A stretch of 64,000 nucleotides of DNA from an uncultured cyanobacterium (GCA_963710605.1 CAVQBA010000006.1:32001-96000); one strand, 5' to 3'. Shown: positions 29,044-40,743, counted from the stretch's first letter. The notes: a model not told the origin generated them from the sequence alone. Translations and numbers: made by a program.

Positions 29044-29529
29044 ATGAGTATAGTCAGTAAAGTTATTCTCAAAGCAGACGATGAACTTCGTTACCCTAGT
29101 AGCGGTGAACTACAAGGAATCAAAGCATTTTTAGATACTGGAGAAATGAGGGTACAAATCGCCCAAACATTGTCTGAAAACGAACAAAAAATTGTTGATA
29201 AAGCAGGTCAAGAATTATTTAGCAAACGCCCTGACTATCGTGCACCCGGTGGTAATGCTTCTACTCAAAGACAATATAATCAATGTTTAAGAGATTTTGG
29301 TTGGTATTTACGTTTAGCCAGCTACGGAATATTAGCAGGGGATAAAGAGCCGATTGAAAAAATTGGTTTGATTGGAGCTAAAGAAATGTATAATTCTTTA
29401 GGAGTACCTTTAAATGGTATGGCTGAATCTTTACGTTGTCTCAAACAAGCATCATTAGCATTGCTTTCTAGCCAAGAAGCAGAACAAGCCGCTCCTTATT
29501 TTGATTATATGATTCAATATATGTGTTAA
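29044..29529 (+). CDS. apcD: Allophycocyanin-B alpha subunit
   Basis: [34 protein letters not shown] and IEKIGLIG. Confidence 0.95.
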   Translation: MSIVSKVILKADDELRYPSSGELQGIKAFLDTGEMRVQIAQTLSENEQKIVDKAGQELFSKRPDYRAPGGNASTQRQYNQCLRDFGWYLRLASYGILAGDKEPIEKIGLIGAKEMYNSLGVPLNGMAESLRCLKQASLALLSSQEAEQAAPYFDYMIQYMC

Positions 29530-29867
29530 TTTTGCTAGGCAAGAGCAAGCTGACTCAATAATTAATTAGTTGGGTAAAACGAAAATAAAACAATTTTGGC
29601 GTTGCTACTTGCTTTAGCTAAGTGCATAGTTAAAGGTGAAAGATTAAAGGATAAAGGATGAAAGCGGAATTGAAAATTGCGGTTAACTGTTTTTATTGAC
29701 TACTAATCGCTTTTTTGAACTTCCCTTTCTATTAATAAAAAATTTGCTACCGAGAGTAAAAAGTTCACTACAGAGTAATTTGATCGCTAATAGATTCAAC
29801 TAATTATCAAAAATCTCGACTTAGATTCGATAGTAAGTAAAAATTTGGTATTCACTACGGTTGTTAG

Positions 29868-30407
29868 ATGCCTAATAATAGATACAAACTTAATTCCCAA
29901 AACGAAGATATATCTTGGTTAAATAGCAACTTATTTTTATCTTCAAGTCTTTTTCTGTGTACTTATCTTATTTTTGGTTGGTTGATTGCCAGTAATGCTT
30001 TATTTTGGGCTGATTTACTTCATGAGCAAAACGTCTCTTTGCAAGTTGGTTTAGAAGATGACTTATTGTTATCACTAATTAAATTTTTGGCGGTGATTAC
30101 TATTATCCTGATTACTCTTGCTTTAAGTACACCTATTGCTTTAACTACTTTTTTGTTTACTAAAAGTATCAATTCCGATTTTAAAGGATTGTTTTCACTT
30201 TTATTATGGTCGATCGTATTAGTCTTTGCATTTTGCTATTTTGGTTATTTTGCTGATTTTTTAGTGATTGTTTCGGCAAATATTTTGCTAAGGTTAGATT
30301 TAAAGAAACTAAAATTATCTCAATGGCAGATTATGCTAATTACGATCGTCTTTAGTGTACTTGCCTTTATAACTGGAATGATTTTGTTTGACTTATTAGC
30401 TACATAA
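29868..30407 (+). CDS. Hypothetical integral membrane protein
   Basis: 179 aa with several hydrophobic helices. Confidence 0.7.
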   Translation: MPNNRYKLNSQNEDISWLNSNLFLSSSLFLCTYLIFGWLIASNALFWADLLHEQNVSLQVGLEDDLLLSLIKFLAVITIILITLALSTPIALTTFLFTKSINSDFKGLFSLLLWSIVLVFAFCYFGYFADFLVIVSANILLRLDLKKLKLSQWQIMLITIVFSVLAFITGMILFDLLAT

Positions 30408-30598
30408 CAAATGAGGGATGAAAGATGAGGGATGAAGGATTAATTCAAAAAAGCTTACTCTTTATAACTATCAACGTCTTAATCAGCCTTCGGTGTCGAG
30501 TGTCGATTATCATCGCTCAATTAAAACCTCTTCGTCTGTCGTATTACTAGCGGACTTCTGAGTGCTATCAACTATCAATTATCAACTAATTATTATCG

Positions 30599-31625
30599 AT
30601 GACTATGGAAACACTTAATGAGCAAAATGTAACGATCGATTACAATCAAAAAATACAACTTCAACCGTTACCTTATCAACGTCCTTTGTTGATGATAGGT
30701 CATGGTACAAGAGATGAAGATGGTCGTCAAGTTTTTCTGGACTTTGTTCAGATGTATCAAAATTTGGATCATTCTCGCCCTGTGATTCCTTGTTTTTTGG
30801 AATTAACCGAACCAAATATCGAGCAAGGTGTTGATTATTGCATTGAACAAGGTTATACAGATATATCAGCTTTACCGATACTTTTATTTGCCGCTCGTCA
30901 CAACAAGTTTGATATAACAGGCGAACTCGATCGTACTCGTGTAAAATATCCTCAACTTAATTTTCATTACGGCAGACACTTTGGCATCAACCCCAATATC
31001 GTTTCCTTATGGCAAAATAGACTCGCCGAGCTAGATACCCCTGAATATAATCCTCGTCAGATTGCCCGTAAAGACACTGTCTTACTCTTTGTTGGTAGAG
31101 GATCGAGTGATCCTGACGCTAATGGAGATGTTTGCAAATTAGCTCGTATTATGTGGGAGGGAAGCGACTATCAGACTGTTGAAACTTGTTTTATCGGTAT
31201 TACTCATCCTCGTTTAGAAATGGGTTTTGAAAGAGCATTATTGTATCGCCCGCAAAAGAATTATTGTCTTACCTTATTTCTTGTTTATGGGTGCATTGAT
31301 GAAAAAAATACATCGTATCACCGACGAATACAGACAAGAATATCCAGACATCGAAATCACTTCCTTATCAGAAATGGGGATTCAACCTGAGTTATTACAA
31401 CTACTGAGAGAAAGAGAAATAGAAACTCATCTAGGCGAAGTAAAAATGAATTGTGAGATGTGTAAATTCCGCCTTAATGCTCTCAATGGCGACAATGCTC
31501 ATCATGATCATAATCATCATACTCATAGCCATGGACACAATCACAGCCATGAACATAATCATAGTAATGCAGATCCTTGTGCTAAGCCTCATGATTATCA
31601 TCAACGCATCTGGCAGACACCTTAA
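30599..31625 (+). CDS. cbiX: Sirohydrochlorin cobaltochelatase (long form), +1 frameshift near 31252
   Basis: GHGTRD, CFLEL and [10 protein letters not shown] in the first [18 protein letters not shown] and the His-rich tail in the second ORF. One extra base in CGC CCG C AAA AGA ATT. Confidence 0.9.
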
Positions 31626-31713
31626 AACAGTGAACAAATAGACAAAATACAACCTTTTCTCCTGCCTCTTTTAGAAAGATTGGACTAAGAGGGGTAGGAA
31701 AGACGAGTGAAAG

Positions 31714-31735
31714 GTTTGATCAATACAGCTTTGTT
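31714..31735. repeat. 22-bp direct repeat at the stop of the GGDEF/EAL gene
   Basis: GTTTGATCAATACAGCTTTGTT, 21/22 identical to 34360-34381. Confidence 0.8.
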
Positions 31736-34350
31736 CAAGATAATAATTGCACTTTAGAGACATGATAACCTTGAACATAATCAATATCCATTTGGCTTAT
31801 CATCTCTCTGATTTCTCGATTTTCTACATATTCAGCGATCGTTTTAATTTGTAAAATTTTAGCCATCTCACTGATTGACTCAACTATCTTGTAACATAAA
31901 GAATCAGTGAGAATATTCTTCACAAATTGACCATCTATTTTAATGTAATCTACAGGCAATTCTTTCATATAAGTAAATGACGACATTCCTGAGCCAAAAT
32001 CATCTAAAGCAAATTGACAACCTTTATTTTTGAGTTGTAAAATAAATTCTTGGGCTTGATTCAAATTGCCGACAGTAAAAGTTTCGGTAATTTCAAAACA
32101 AATATGGGAATAAGATACTTGGTATTGCTCAAACAAATCAAATAGTGAATGTAAAAATTCTTGATTCCCAACAGTTTTTCCTGACAAATTAACCATATAT
32201 GTAGTCTCTTTTACTTTTGGATTATGACTATTTTGAGACAAAAACAAAAATAATTTTTTGATGACGAGTAAATCGATCGTATTCATTAGACTATATCTTT
32301 CGGCAATCGGCACGAAAATCGCAGGAGAGACAATTCGTTGATTGGGTAAAATCATTCTTAACAAAACTTCACAACGAGGAGAAGAGTGAGAAAGATTATT
32401 GCTATTACTCGGTTCTATTTTTTGATGATAAAGAACAAAATAGTCATTTTCGATCGCTTGATTAATTTGAACAATCCATTGCCTTTCTAGACGCATTTGT
32501 TGTAATTGAGTATCAGTATCTCGGTGAACCCAATAACGGTTTCCTCCTGCTTGTTTAGCCGCATAACAAGCTCGATCTAAATTACTCATAATCCAAGTTT
32601 TATCTATATTATCTTCATTAGGAATTTCAATAATACCGATACTGACACCGACTTTAAATATTTGTTGTTGCCAAACAAAGCTATATGCTTGAACATGATC
32701 AATAATTTTTTTAGCCACTTCAACGGTTAGGCTTAAATCTGTTTGATAAATAACGATCGAAAATTCATCACCTCCGACACGGGCGATTAAACTTGATGGC
32801 GGTAATTGTTGTTTAATTAAATTAGCTAAATGAAAAAGTACTTCGTCTCCTGCCGGATGCCCACAAGTATCATTAACAATTTTAAATTTATCTAAATCTA
32901 GAAATAAAATTAGATTACTTTGTCTGGAGCGATTGTTTTTATTTTTGTCCTTTTCAATTAACAAAGATAATTGTTTTTCAAAATAATAACGATTATATAA
33001 ACCCGTTAAAAAATCTTTTTCTGCTCGATCACGTAAATCAGAAAATAACAATTCTAATTGATTGGACATTTGTAGAAAAGATCGACCTAAAACCTGTATT
33101 TCTTTGATTGGATGAAACGAAATTGATTGCTGTAAATCGCCTGCCGCTATTTTTTCAGTTGTTTTAGTTAATTTAGCTAATGGTTCAGAAATAATCTTTG
33201 ATTGATACAAAATGATCAACATAGAAAAGAATAAAACAATTAGACAAATCAAAATCGTGTTGTACCAATTTTCTTTTAAAATAGCCGTAAAATCTGATTT
33301 ATTGACGGCTGTAACAATTAACCAATCAATACCATATTCATCCTGATACACATTAACTTGAGCTAGATAATTATCATTTTTATCTTGATTGATAGTTAAA
33401 TTAATTTTTTCAGTATTGTTAATATCATTTAAGTCGTTATATTTTTCAATAAGTTTTGTTGTCAGACTACTAATAACAACATTTTTACTTTTGTGAGCTG
33501 AAATGAAAGTTAGTTCTTCTTTTTGAGGATTTAACCAAACTGTTACTTTATCTTCTGTTGTCGTAGCGATTAGATTACCTTTTCGATCGATAATAAAAAT
33601 TTCAGTAGAAGGTGAAAATTGAAGATTTCTTAAAAAGTTACAGATATCATCTAAAAGAACTTCTGCGGTTAAAATACCTTGTAATTTATCTTGCTGATAA
33701 ATTGGTTTGACTGCTCTAAGAGTAGCCGCTTCAACAATACTATAAGGTCTTATTTTCAGCCAAGTTTGTTTGTTTTTACTAATACTGTCTTGATACCAGA
33801 GTAACTGACGATGATCGTAATCAGGAATCGTTTTAAATTCTTCAGTAACAATTCCATTTTCATCTAAATAATATAAGCTTAAATTATCTTGAAAAGATTC
33901 CGCTAAAATATCTTTATTTTCTTTGCCAAAAATACCGAAACGATCGTGTGCAAAGGTAACAACTTCTCCTTTTTCGTTAGCATAAATAATTGTAGTTAAA
34001 TTATCGAATTGCTTTAGTTGAAATTGTGAACCAAAAAAACTTTTTAATTGATCAAAATCGTTAATATCAACTATATTAGTCTCCAAAGCAAGACTATTAA
34101 TTTCTAAAAACTTATGAGGAGTAGCTAAAAAGTCATTTAATTGATAATTTATTTGCTGTGATGATTTGTCTAACAACTGATAGACAACCTTTTCAACTTC
34201 ATCATCTCCATTTTGATAAGCAAAATAACCGACCAAAAAACAAGCACAGATTAATGTAATGACAGAAGGAAAAATAAGAATTGTCGAAATACTAAAAGAT
34301 TTATTTTTGATTTTCTTTTGGTACGATTTACGCCATAATCTAAGAATCAT
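31735..34350 (-). CDS. Membrane diguanylate cyclase/phosphodiesterase (Cache-HAMP-GGDEF-EAL)
   Basis: Two TM helices around an extracytoplasmic domain, HAMP, intact GGDEF, EVL and DDFGSG motifs. Confidence 0.93.
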   Translation of the reverse strand: MILRLWRKSYQKKIKNKSFSISTILIFPSVITLICACFLVGYFAYQNGDDEVEKVVYQLLDKSSQQINYQLNDFLATPHKFLEINSLALETNIVDINDFDQLKSFFGSQFQLKQFDNLTTIIYANEKGEVVTFAHDRFGIFGKENKDILAESFQDNLSLYYLDENGIVTEEFKTIPDYDHRQLLWYQDSISKNKQTWLKIRPYSIVEAATLRAVKPIYQQDKLQGILTAEVLLDDICNFLRNLQFSPSTEIFIIDRKGNLIATTTEDKVTVWLNPQKEELTFISAHKSKNVVISSLTTKLIEKYNDLNDINNTEKINLTINQDKNDNYLAQVNVYQDEYGIDWLIVTAVNKSDFTAILKENWYNTILICLIVLFFSMLIILYQSKIISEPLAKLTKTTEKIAAGDLQQSISFHPIKEIQVLGRSFLQMSNQLELLFSDLRDRAEKDFLTGLYNRYYFEKQLSLLIEKDKNKNNRSRQSNLILFLDLDKFKIVNDTCGHPAGDEVLFHLANLIKQQLPPSSLIARVGGDEFSIVIYQTDLSLTVEVAKKIIDHVQAYSFVWQQQIFKVGVSIGIIEIPNEDNIDKTWIMSNLDRACYAAKQAGGNRYWVHRDTDTQLQQMRLERQWIVQINQAIENDYFVLYHQKIEPSNSNNLSHSSPRCEVLLRMILPNQRIVSPAIFVPIAERYSLMNTIDLLVIKKLFLFLSQNSHNPKVKETTYMVNLSGKTVGNQEFLHSLFDLFEQYQVSYSHICFEITETFTVGNLNQAQEFILQLKNKGCQFALDDFGSGMSSFTYMKELPVDYIKIDGQFVKNILTDSLCYKIVESISEMAKILQIKTIAEYVENREIREMISQMDIDYVQGYHVSKVQLLS

Positions 34351-34359
34351 TACGATCGA

Positions 34360-34381
34360 GTTTGATCAATACAACTTTGTT
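34360..34381. repeat. 22-bp direct repeat just upstream of the GGDEF/EAL start codon
   Basis: GTTTGATCAATACAACTTTGTT, separated from the ATG at 34350 by 9 nt that include a CGATCG. Confidence 0.8.
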
Positions 34382-34743
34382 TAAATCATTTTAGTCTTAA
34401 TTTCAAATATTATCGATTTAGATACCGAATAAAAAGTTTGAAACCAATTCATTCTACAACAGAGTTTTACTATTATGATGTCCGCTATTATAAAGATTTA
34501 GTAAAGTTGCTCAGTCATTATAACCTCCTGTTAAAATTATCAGATTATATTGATCTAATACTACAAAAGATTTCACAAGTGACTCGATCGCCAAGAAGTA
34601 GTAAGTAATGAGTTATACCTGTGCAGAGTAATGCAATTGCTCTTAAAGTATCACAATTATACTTTTTTTTTCGTCATAAAGACGAGGCTAAAGCTTACCT
34701 AGTTAAAAGCTGAAGTTATACTCATTACTCATTACTCATTAAT

Positions 34744-36093
34744 TTATTGCCCTGTGATTGATAACTCATCAACCCAAATACGTGGGCAAACACCGCTAGG
34801 AGTAACCTCTGCTTGATTATCTGGCTCAACATAAACGATCGATTTTAGTAAACTTAAAAAATCACCCGCTACTGTTGCCGCCTCGATACTAGTTTTTTCG
34901 CCTTTATTGATTAACCAACCATCAAAAGGTAAAGAAAAAGAACCTTGCAAAGAATTAACACCTGCGTGTAATGCTTGGACATCATCAATTAAAATGACAT
35001 TTTCAGCGGTATCTAAACTATATTCTTCACTCTTTGGTTGCTCACCACGAAAAACATGATAATAGTTAGGACCAATACTTACTTTAGCACCGATACTAGC
35101 ATTACCCGTTGGCTCGGCATTCATTTTTTTAGCTGTGACACTACTATGTAAAAAATTAGTCAAAACTCCTTTTTCGATAATCGATAAGTTTTGAGTCGGA
35201 GTGCCTTCTCCGTCAAATGTTTCCGCACTAATATTACCTGAGTGAAGGGCATTATCACTAACTGATAACAAAGGTGAAGCAATTTGTTTCCCGATCGATT
35301 CAGATGTACTCAAACTTTGTTTATCAAGTATGTTTTGAGCATTATAAAGATTACTAAATGCACCTAACAAGCTTAAAAATGCTTCAGCGGAAAAAACAAC
35401 TTTATATTTACCTGATTTGATTGGTTGATAATTCAAATGGCTAACGGTTTTTTCAACGGTTTCGCTAAAACAACCTTCTAAGTCTAATTTGTCGAGACTG
35501 TGAGCTATTTTATATGCCCCACCACTACGAGGTTTTTTGTTTTCTTGTTCGGTAGTCGCATAAAGATAAACGGAAGAATAGGTGCGTTTTTCTTCTCTGG
35601 TTGCACCTTCGCTATTAAGATAAAAACGTTCTATCTCTTGTTCTCCTAAGCCATTATAAGGTACTGAAGCGATCGCTTCGTGAGAATCTAATAATTTTTT
35701 TTCTAACTTTAATAAATGCTCAATCAAATCAGAAGCGGGTGTATTTTCTCCTAACTCGGTAGAAACTTCAGGTAAAGAAGATTTAGCCGAAGGGCTAAAA
35801 TCTGGTACATCTTCGGTTACACCAAAATAACTAGCTTCTTGAGCTGTTTTTAGAGCTAATTCTATCCCTAACTTATCAACATCAGTAGTAGAAGTTACAC
35901 CGATTTGCTCTTTTTCATTCCAGACTCTGACAATGACATTGGATTTTTGGGAAGCTTTTATCTGTTTTGGCTCTCCTTGAAATACTTGTACATTTGTTCC
36001 ATCGACTGCCGAGCCGTAAATATCAAATTTCTTGATTCCTAATTGTGTTGCTACTTCACTAGCTGTTTGAGCGATCGTCTGTACTTTTGACAT
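34744..36093 (-). CDS. TldD/PmbA-family protein (PmbA/TldE-like)
   Basis: FDGEGTPT, G.FSLP..G and TVAGDF motifs. No HExxGH motif. Confidence 0.9.
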   Translation of the reverse strand: MSKVQTIAQTASEVATQLGIKKFDIYGSAVDGTNVQVFQGEPKQIKASQKSNVIVRVWNEKEQIGVTSTTDVDKLGIELALKTAQEASYFGVTEDVPDFSPSAKSSLPEVSTELGENTPASDLIEHLLKLEKKLLDSHEAIASVPYNGLGEQEIERFYLNSEGATREEKRTYSSVYLYATTEQENKKPRSGGAYKIAHSLDKLDLEGCFSETVEKTVSHLNYQPIKSGKYKVVFSAEAFLSLLGAFSNLYNAQNILDKQSLSTSESIGKQIASPLLSVSDNALHSGNISAETFDGEGTPTQNLSIIEKGVLTNFLHSSVTAKKMNAEPTGNASIGAKVSIGPNYYHVFRGEQPKSEEYSLDTAENVILIDDVQALHAGVNSLQGSFSLPFDGWLINKGEKTSIEAATVAGDFLSLLKSIVYVEPDNQAEVTPSGVCPRIWVDELSITGQ

Positions 36094-36772
36094 AATGTGA
36101 TAATTAACTTTTTTCCCCTATTTTGACATACTCTTCCCATTAACTGCTATTTATTCTTCGATCGTGATCAAAATCAAGAATTATTTATTAGTTATTTTTT
36201 AATTATTAGTTTAAATCTTATAATATTTGATTATTTACTATTAACTAATTATTATTTTCAATTATTAATCATCTTTAATTATTAAGATAGCTTTTTTTGC
36301 TTTTCGGCTAATAAAAGTCTAAGTTATTTAATCAATACTTTAATTAAATTGTTAGGAAATAAAACTAATAAATCTTTATTACTAATCTCATTATTTAACG
36401 ATAATAACCGCTCATTCTATCAATAATAAGTTGCGATGTCTCTTCAATCTGATTATCTTCGATCGTACAATTTAACTGTTTGAAAACGTCAGTTAACATT
36501 GCACGACACTGATCAAGATAATCTATTTGGATCATGAATTTTTCAATAATCAAAACAGGAAATTCTTATCAACACAATAATATTAAATAGCGATACTTAT
36601 ATAATGCAAGTCTTACATAAATATAACTTTGTTCTCACTAACATTTAATTATTAAGTTTAGATTGACTATATTGATAATTTAATTTTACCTGAGTTTTGA
36701 ATGACTGGAATATAACTATTTTGTTTTGATTCAGATAAACCAGATTAAGCAAAAATTAGAAATAATCTTTAG

Positions 36773-37165
36773 TTATTCAAACAAAATCTTCTCAAAACAT
36801 TTTTCACCAGTATCTCTAAGTTCTCTTGCCGTTTTTCGATTAGTATTTATTTGCTGGGTTAGTGTTTTAAACTGTGCTGTAGTATATTTATTTCTAAATT
36901 GGGAAATAGTACATTGACAGACAGTCTTAGCTGATTGTAAAGGTAAACCCTCTTTTTTTGACTGAACCAAACATTCTTCTTCGTAATTACACCAAACAGA
37001 AGCTTGTGTAGATTTCAAACCTTGCTTGACTAAGTTTTGAATACATTGCTGTTTATTTAATAAAGCTGGCTTCGATTGGGCTAGTGTTTGCTGGGGTATC
37101 ATCGAAGAAGCTAAAGAAAATAAGGTGATGTTAACAGCGATTAAAGAAAGACGATTTTTTAGCAT
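36773..37165 (-). CDS. Secreted cysteine-rich hypothetical protein
   Basis: Signal peptide, six Cys including VCQCTI, C-terminal CF..ILFE. Confidence 0.7.
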   Translation of the reverse strand: MLKNRLSLIAVNITLFSLASSMIPQQTLAQSKPALLNKQQCIQNLVKQGLKSTQASVWCNYEEECLVQSKKEGLPLQSAKTVCQCTISQFRNKYTTAQFKTLTQQINTNRKTARELRDTGEKCFEKILFE

Positions 37166-37338
37166 AAATAAATTAGTAATAAAGATACCTAATTTTTATT
37201 ACGACGATAAGTAGAGATAAAAGTTGCCCATGATAGTAAATGATTGGCGATTAGCAATTGGCAGTTAAATAAAAAGAATTAATCATAGCAACGATCGTAT
37301 TTTGTGCTCAATAATCGATCGTTGTATCTAATTATTAA

Positions 37339-38172
37339 TTATTGATTCTCCAAACGACAATGCCCTTCTCCGACATGACCTAAAGATTTAAGATTATCCA
37401 TTAGCTTACTGTAATCTTCGCTGGATAATTGTTGCTCTAAAGTAGGCAAATCTGTTTGTAACTGATTATCATTACTAGCAATTACCGCTAAAGGCTCAAA
37501 TCCTAATGCACCAAGATTTAGTTCATCATCAGCAGGTGTTTCACTATCGCCAAAAAGATGATCGAAATGAAAAGTAGTTTCTAACTCAGCAGGTTGATTA
37601 GCTTCAATGATACCTTTTCTTTCATCACCTACAAATTCACCGCAAAGATATTCTAATTCGATCGGAAATGAGATGACAAAATCAACAGTACGATCGTCTT
37701 TAACCGCAACACCATCAAGAATAACACTAGCATTTTTCTCAGGGTCATTAACCAAACTCCAACCGATCGCATTATAATTTCCTTCAGGTGCAGATACTTC
37801 TGTCACCACAATAGGCGAAGCGTTTTCGTCACCTTCGGCTAAATCGATCGTTGTTGGTGTTTCTACTAATGCAACTGATTCAACTGCTTCAAATTCACCT
37901 TCTTCAGCATTAAAAGGAGGATTTGTCTGATAAGCAGTAACTTGATTCAAAGTGACATAAGCATGATTAAAATCTATTTGCCAACCGTCTTTACTGACAA
38001 AACCCTGACGAATAAAATCTTCTCCATTAGCAACTAACGAAAAATTGCTAGTTTCATCGTTATTATCTGAAGAGTTGGTGGTTGTTGTTTGAGGTGAATC
38101 ACTGACTCCACAAGCCGATAAAGTGAAAATTAATAAAGCACTTTTGAGTGCCAAGATAGTTGTTTTTGCCAT
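37339..38172 (-). CDS. Lipoprotein, DUF4382-like
   Basis: Lipobox LSAC. ANGEDF.RQGFVSKDGW, TFHFDHLFGD and LGHVGEGHC motifs. Confidence 0.8.
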   Translation of the reverse strand: MAKTTILALKSALLIFTLSACGVSDSPQTTTTNSSDNNDETSNFSLVANGEDFIRQGFVSKDGWQIDFNHAYVTLNQVTAYQTNPPFNAEEGEFEAVESVALVETPTTIDLAEGDENASPIVVTEVSAPEGNYNAIGWSLVNDPEKNASVILDGVAVKDDRTVDFVISFPIELEYLCGEFVGDERKGIIEANQPAELETTFHFDHLFGDSETPADDELNLGALGFEPLAVIASNDNQLQTDLPTLEQQLSSEDYSKLMDNLKSLGHVGEGHCRLENQ

Positions 38173-38519
38173 TTTAATTAATTACATAATGAAGCTATCA
38201 CTACATCTTCTCTTGAATGTTTTCCTTTTACAATGCCCCCCCATTGGAATTAAGTAATAAAGTTTCAAGATAAAAAGTTAAAAGTCTAAAAGTCTGTCGA
38301 TTGAAGGATACTCGTATAACATAGAACTATTTAATTAGGACAATAAACCACCCCTAACCCTTCCAAATAAAGGAAAGGAACTTTTTCAAAGCGTCTTAAC
38401 TTATTCTTTTACTGCTATATCTCTACATTTTAAGTAATTTCTAACTCATCAATCAAACCGCTTATCTTTATTGATTAATTAACAAAAAGCATTAATGCAC
38501 TTAATTGTTTTTTATTATC

Positions 38520-38654
38520 TATAGCAATTATCGCCATTATGAAGTACAAAGAAAGCCCCCTCAATCAATTCTGGGGGAGGATATAGGATGCTTCGCTTTG
38601 ATTTGTTGGGACTTGTAAATAGCAAATGTACCTCATAATTCTGAAAAACGTTAT
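38520..38654. mobile_element. TATAGC-ended miniature inverted-repeat element (degenerate right end)
   Basis: TATAGCAATT...ATTATGAAGTACA / TGTACCTCATAATT...CGTTAT. Both ends are shared with 40205-40314. Confidence 0.65.
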
Positions 38655-38752
38655 CTTCTACTCACGTTTGACTCATCACCATCAGGTAAAGACTGATCGG
38701 GCTATGATATTAGAATCTAGTATTTTATTTATCGATCGTTAATCTATTTTAT

Positions 38753-40078
38753 ATGAGTGTCTCGAATTATAATTCTTCGTTTTGGAATTTATTTTGGCGA
38801 AAACTAATTAGAATTATTTCTGATTTACGTTTAGCTATTATTTTACTATTAGTAATCGCCCTTTTTAGTATCAGCGGTACAGTTATCGAACAAAATCAGG
38901 GGCTTAATTATTACCAAGAAAACTATCCTGAAAACCCAGCTTTATTTGGTTTTTTAACTTGGCAAGTTTTGCTAACGATCGGATTAAATCATGTTTATAC
39001 TACTTGGTGGTATTTAAGTTTATTAGTCTTTTTTGGAGCTAGTTTAATTGCTTGTACATTTAGAAGACAATTACCCGCCTTAAAAGCCGTTAAAATTTGG
39101 AACTATTATGATAAACCAAAACAATTTAATAAGTTAGCAATTAGTGCCGAGATAGAAGCAGAATCTTTAGCTAAAATTCAGTCTAAATTAAATGTCAAAG
39201 GATATCGTGTCTATCAAAACGATCATGCTTTATATGCCCAAAAAGGTATCAGTGGCAGAATCGGACCAATTATTGTTCATATTGGCATGATTGTTATTTT
39301 ATTAGGTGCTATTTGGGGTGCTTTTACTGGTTTTTTTGCTCAAGAAATTATTCCGAGTGGAGATACATTTTCAATTAATAATTTTATTGAAGCTGGTAAA
39401 TTTACTAATCTAGAATCAGCTCAATCTTTTCAAGTAAAAGTTAATAATTTTAGAATCCAATACACAGATACAGGCTCAGTTGATCAATTTTATTCTGACT
39501 TATCAGTTATTAATGATAATGGCGAAGAATTAAAACATGAAACTATTTTTGTTAATCAACCTTTAAGATATAATGGCATTACTTTTTATCAAACTACATG
39601 GGGTATTTCGGGTATTAAAGTACAGTTAAATAATAGTCCTATTTTTAAATTACCAATGGTAGAATTAAATAGCGAAAATCAAGGACGAATTTGGGGTACA
39701 TGGATTCCTCTTAAACCTGATTTAACTGAAGGAGTTTCTTTAATTGCTAAGGATTTACAGGGAACTATGTTTCTTTATGATATGCGTGGTAATTTGGTTA
39801 AAGCCGCCCGCACTAATATGCCGATTGAAATAAATGGTATTACTTTAACTATCTTAGATTTGATTGGTTCTACTGGTTTACAAATTAAATCTGATCCCGG
39901 TGTACCGATAGTTTACACTGGTTTTGCTCTTTTAATGATTGGGGTAGTGATGAGTTATATCTCTTTCTCTGAAGTTTGGGCTTTAGAAAAAGACGATCGT
40001 TTTTTCGTCGGTGGCAAAACTAATCGAGCTCAAGTTGCTTTTGAAAAAGAATTTTTACAAATTATCGAACAACTCTAA
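38753..40078 (+). CDS. ccs1: Cytochrome c biogenesis protein Ccs1/CcsB (ResB family)
   Basis: LRLAI.LL, GTVIEQ, GPIIVH, FYSDL, VNQPL and GLQIKSDPG motifs. Confidence 0.93.
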   Translation: MSVSNYNSSFWNLFWRKLIRIISDLRLAIILLLVIALFSISGTVIEQNQGLNYYQENYPENPALFGFLTWQVLLTIGLNHVYTTWWYLSLLVFFGASLIACTFRRQLPALKAVKIWNYYDKPKQFNKLAISAEIEAESLAKIQSKLNVKGYRVYQNDHALYAQKGISGRIGPIIVHIGMIVILLGAIWGAFTGFFAQEIIPSGDTFSINNFIEAGKFTNLESAQSFQVKVNNFRIQYTDTGSVDQFYSDLSVINDNGEELKHETIFVNQPLRYNGITFYQTTWGISGIKVQLNNSPIFKLPMVELNSENQGRIWGTWIPLKPDLTEGVSLIAKDLQGTMFLYDMRGNLVKAARTNMPIEINGITLTILDLIGSTGLQIKSDPGVPIVYTGFALLMIGVVMSYISFSEVWALEKDDRFFVGGKTNRAQVAFEKEFLQIIEQL

Positions 40079-40204
40079 ACCCATTTGTAGTCTCTGTTGG
40101 TTAATTTTATCTTGAATCAATACCCAGAAAACCAAGCTGTAATCTTGATCAACAGTGAACTATAAATACTCAACACAAAACAGTTAATTAAGTATTGATC
40201 ATTA

Positions 40205-40314
40205 TATAGCAATTCTCACCATTATAAAGTACAAAGCGATCCCCCGCTCATCCCCCGCGCATTCGGGGGACTTGAAAATAATAAATGTACCTCATAATTA
40301 TGGGCAACGCTATA
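40205..40314. mobile_element. TATAGC...GCTATA miniature inverted-repeat element
   Basis: Terminal TATAGC/GCTATA, subterminal ATTATAAAGTACA / TGTACCTCATAAT, and a GC-rich internal hairpin TCCCCCG..CGGGGGA. Confidence 0.7.
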
Positions 40315-40404
40315 TCGTTGACAAATATTAAGACTAACCGACTTTTCGTTTCACAAAACTGTCAAAATGTCAAGTAAAAAACAAATATTAAAATTACCCA
40401 AATC

Positions 40405-40743
40405 ATGAGTTTTACCAATATTAATGTAGAAGAATTAGCGATCGTATTAGAAGACGAAAATCCTCAACAGCAATTAATTGATGTCAGAGAATTATCAGAA
40501 GCTCAAATTGCCTTTATTCCTCAATTCAAATTGTTACCTTTAAGTGAATCTCAACAATGGATGAATCAAATCACGACTAATTTTGATCCGCAAATAGAAA
40601 CGATCGTTTTATGTCATCATGGTATGCGATCGACTCAGATGTGTCAGTGGTTGGCAACACAAGGATTTACTCAGCTTAAAAACGTAACTGGTGGAATTGA
40701 TGCTTATTCAGTGGCTGTTGATTCATCTATACCTAGATACTAG
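40405..40743 (+). CDS. Single-domain rhodanese
   Basis: LIDVRE, CHHGMRS and GGIDAYS...D..IPRY motifs. Confidence 0.92.
   Translation: MSFTNINVEELAIVLEDENPQQQLIDVRELSEAQIAFIPQFKLLPLSESQQWMNQITTNFDPQIETIVLCHHGMRSTQMCQWLATQGFTQLKNVTGGIDAYSVAVDSSIPRY

Noticed and set aside
38200-38260. Cobalamin riboswitch upstream of the DUF4382-like lipoprotein
   Set aside because: Only a vague purine-rich resemblance. The conserved GGGAA...CCCGCAACTGT core is absent.
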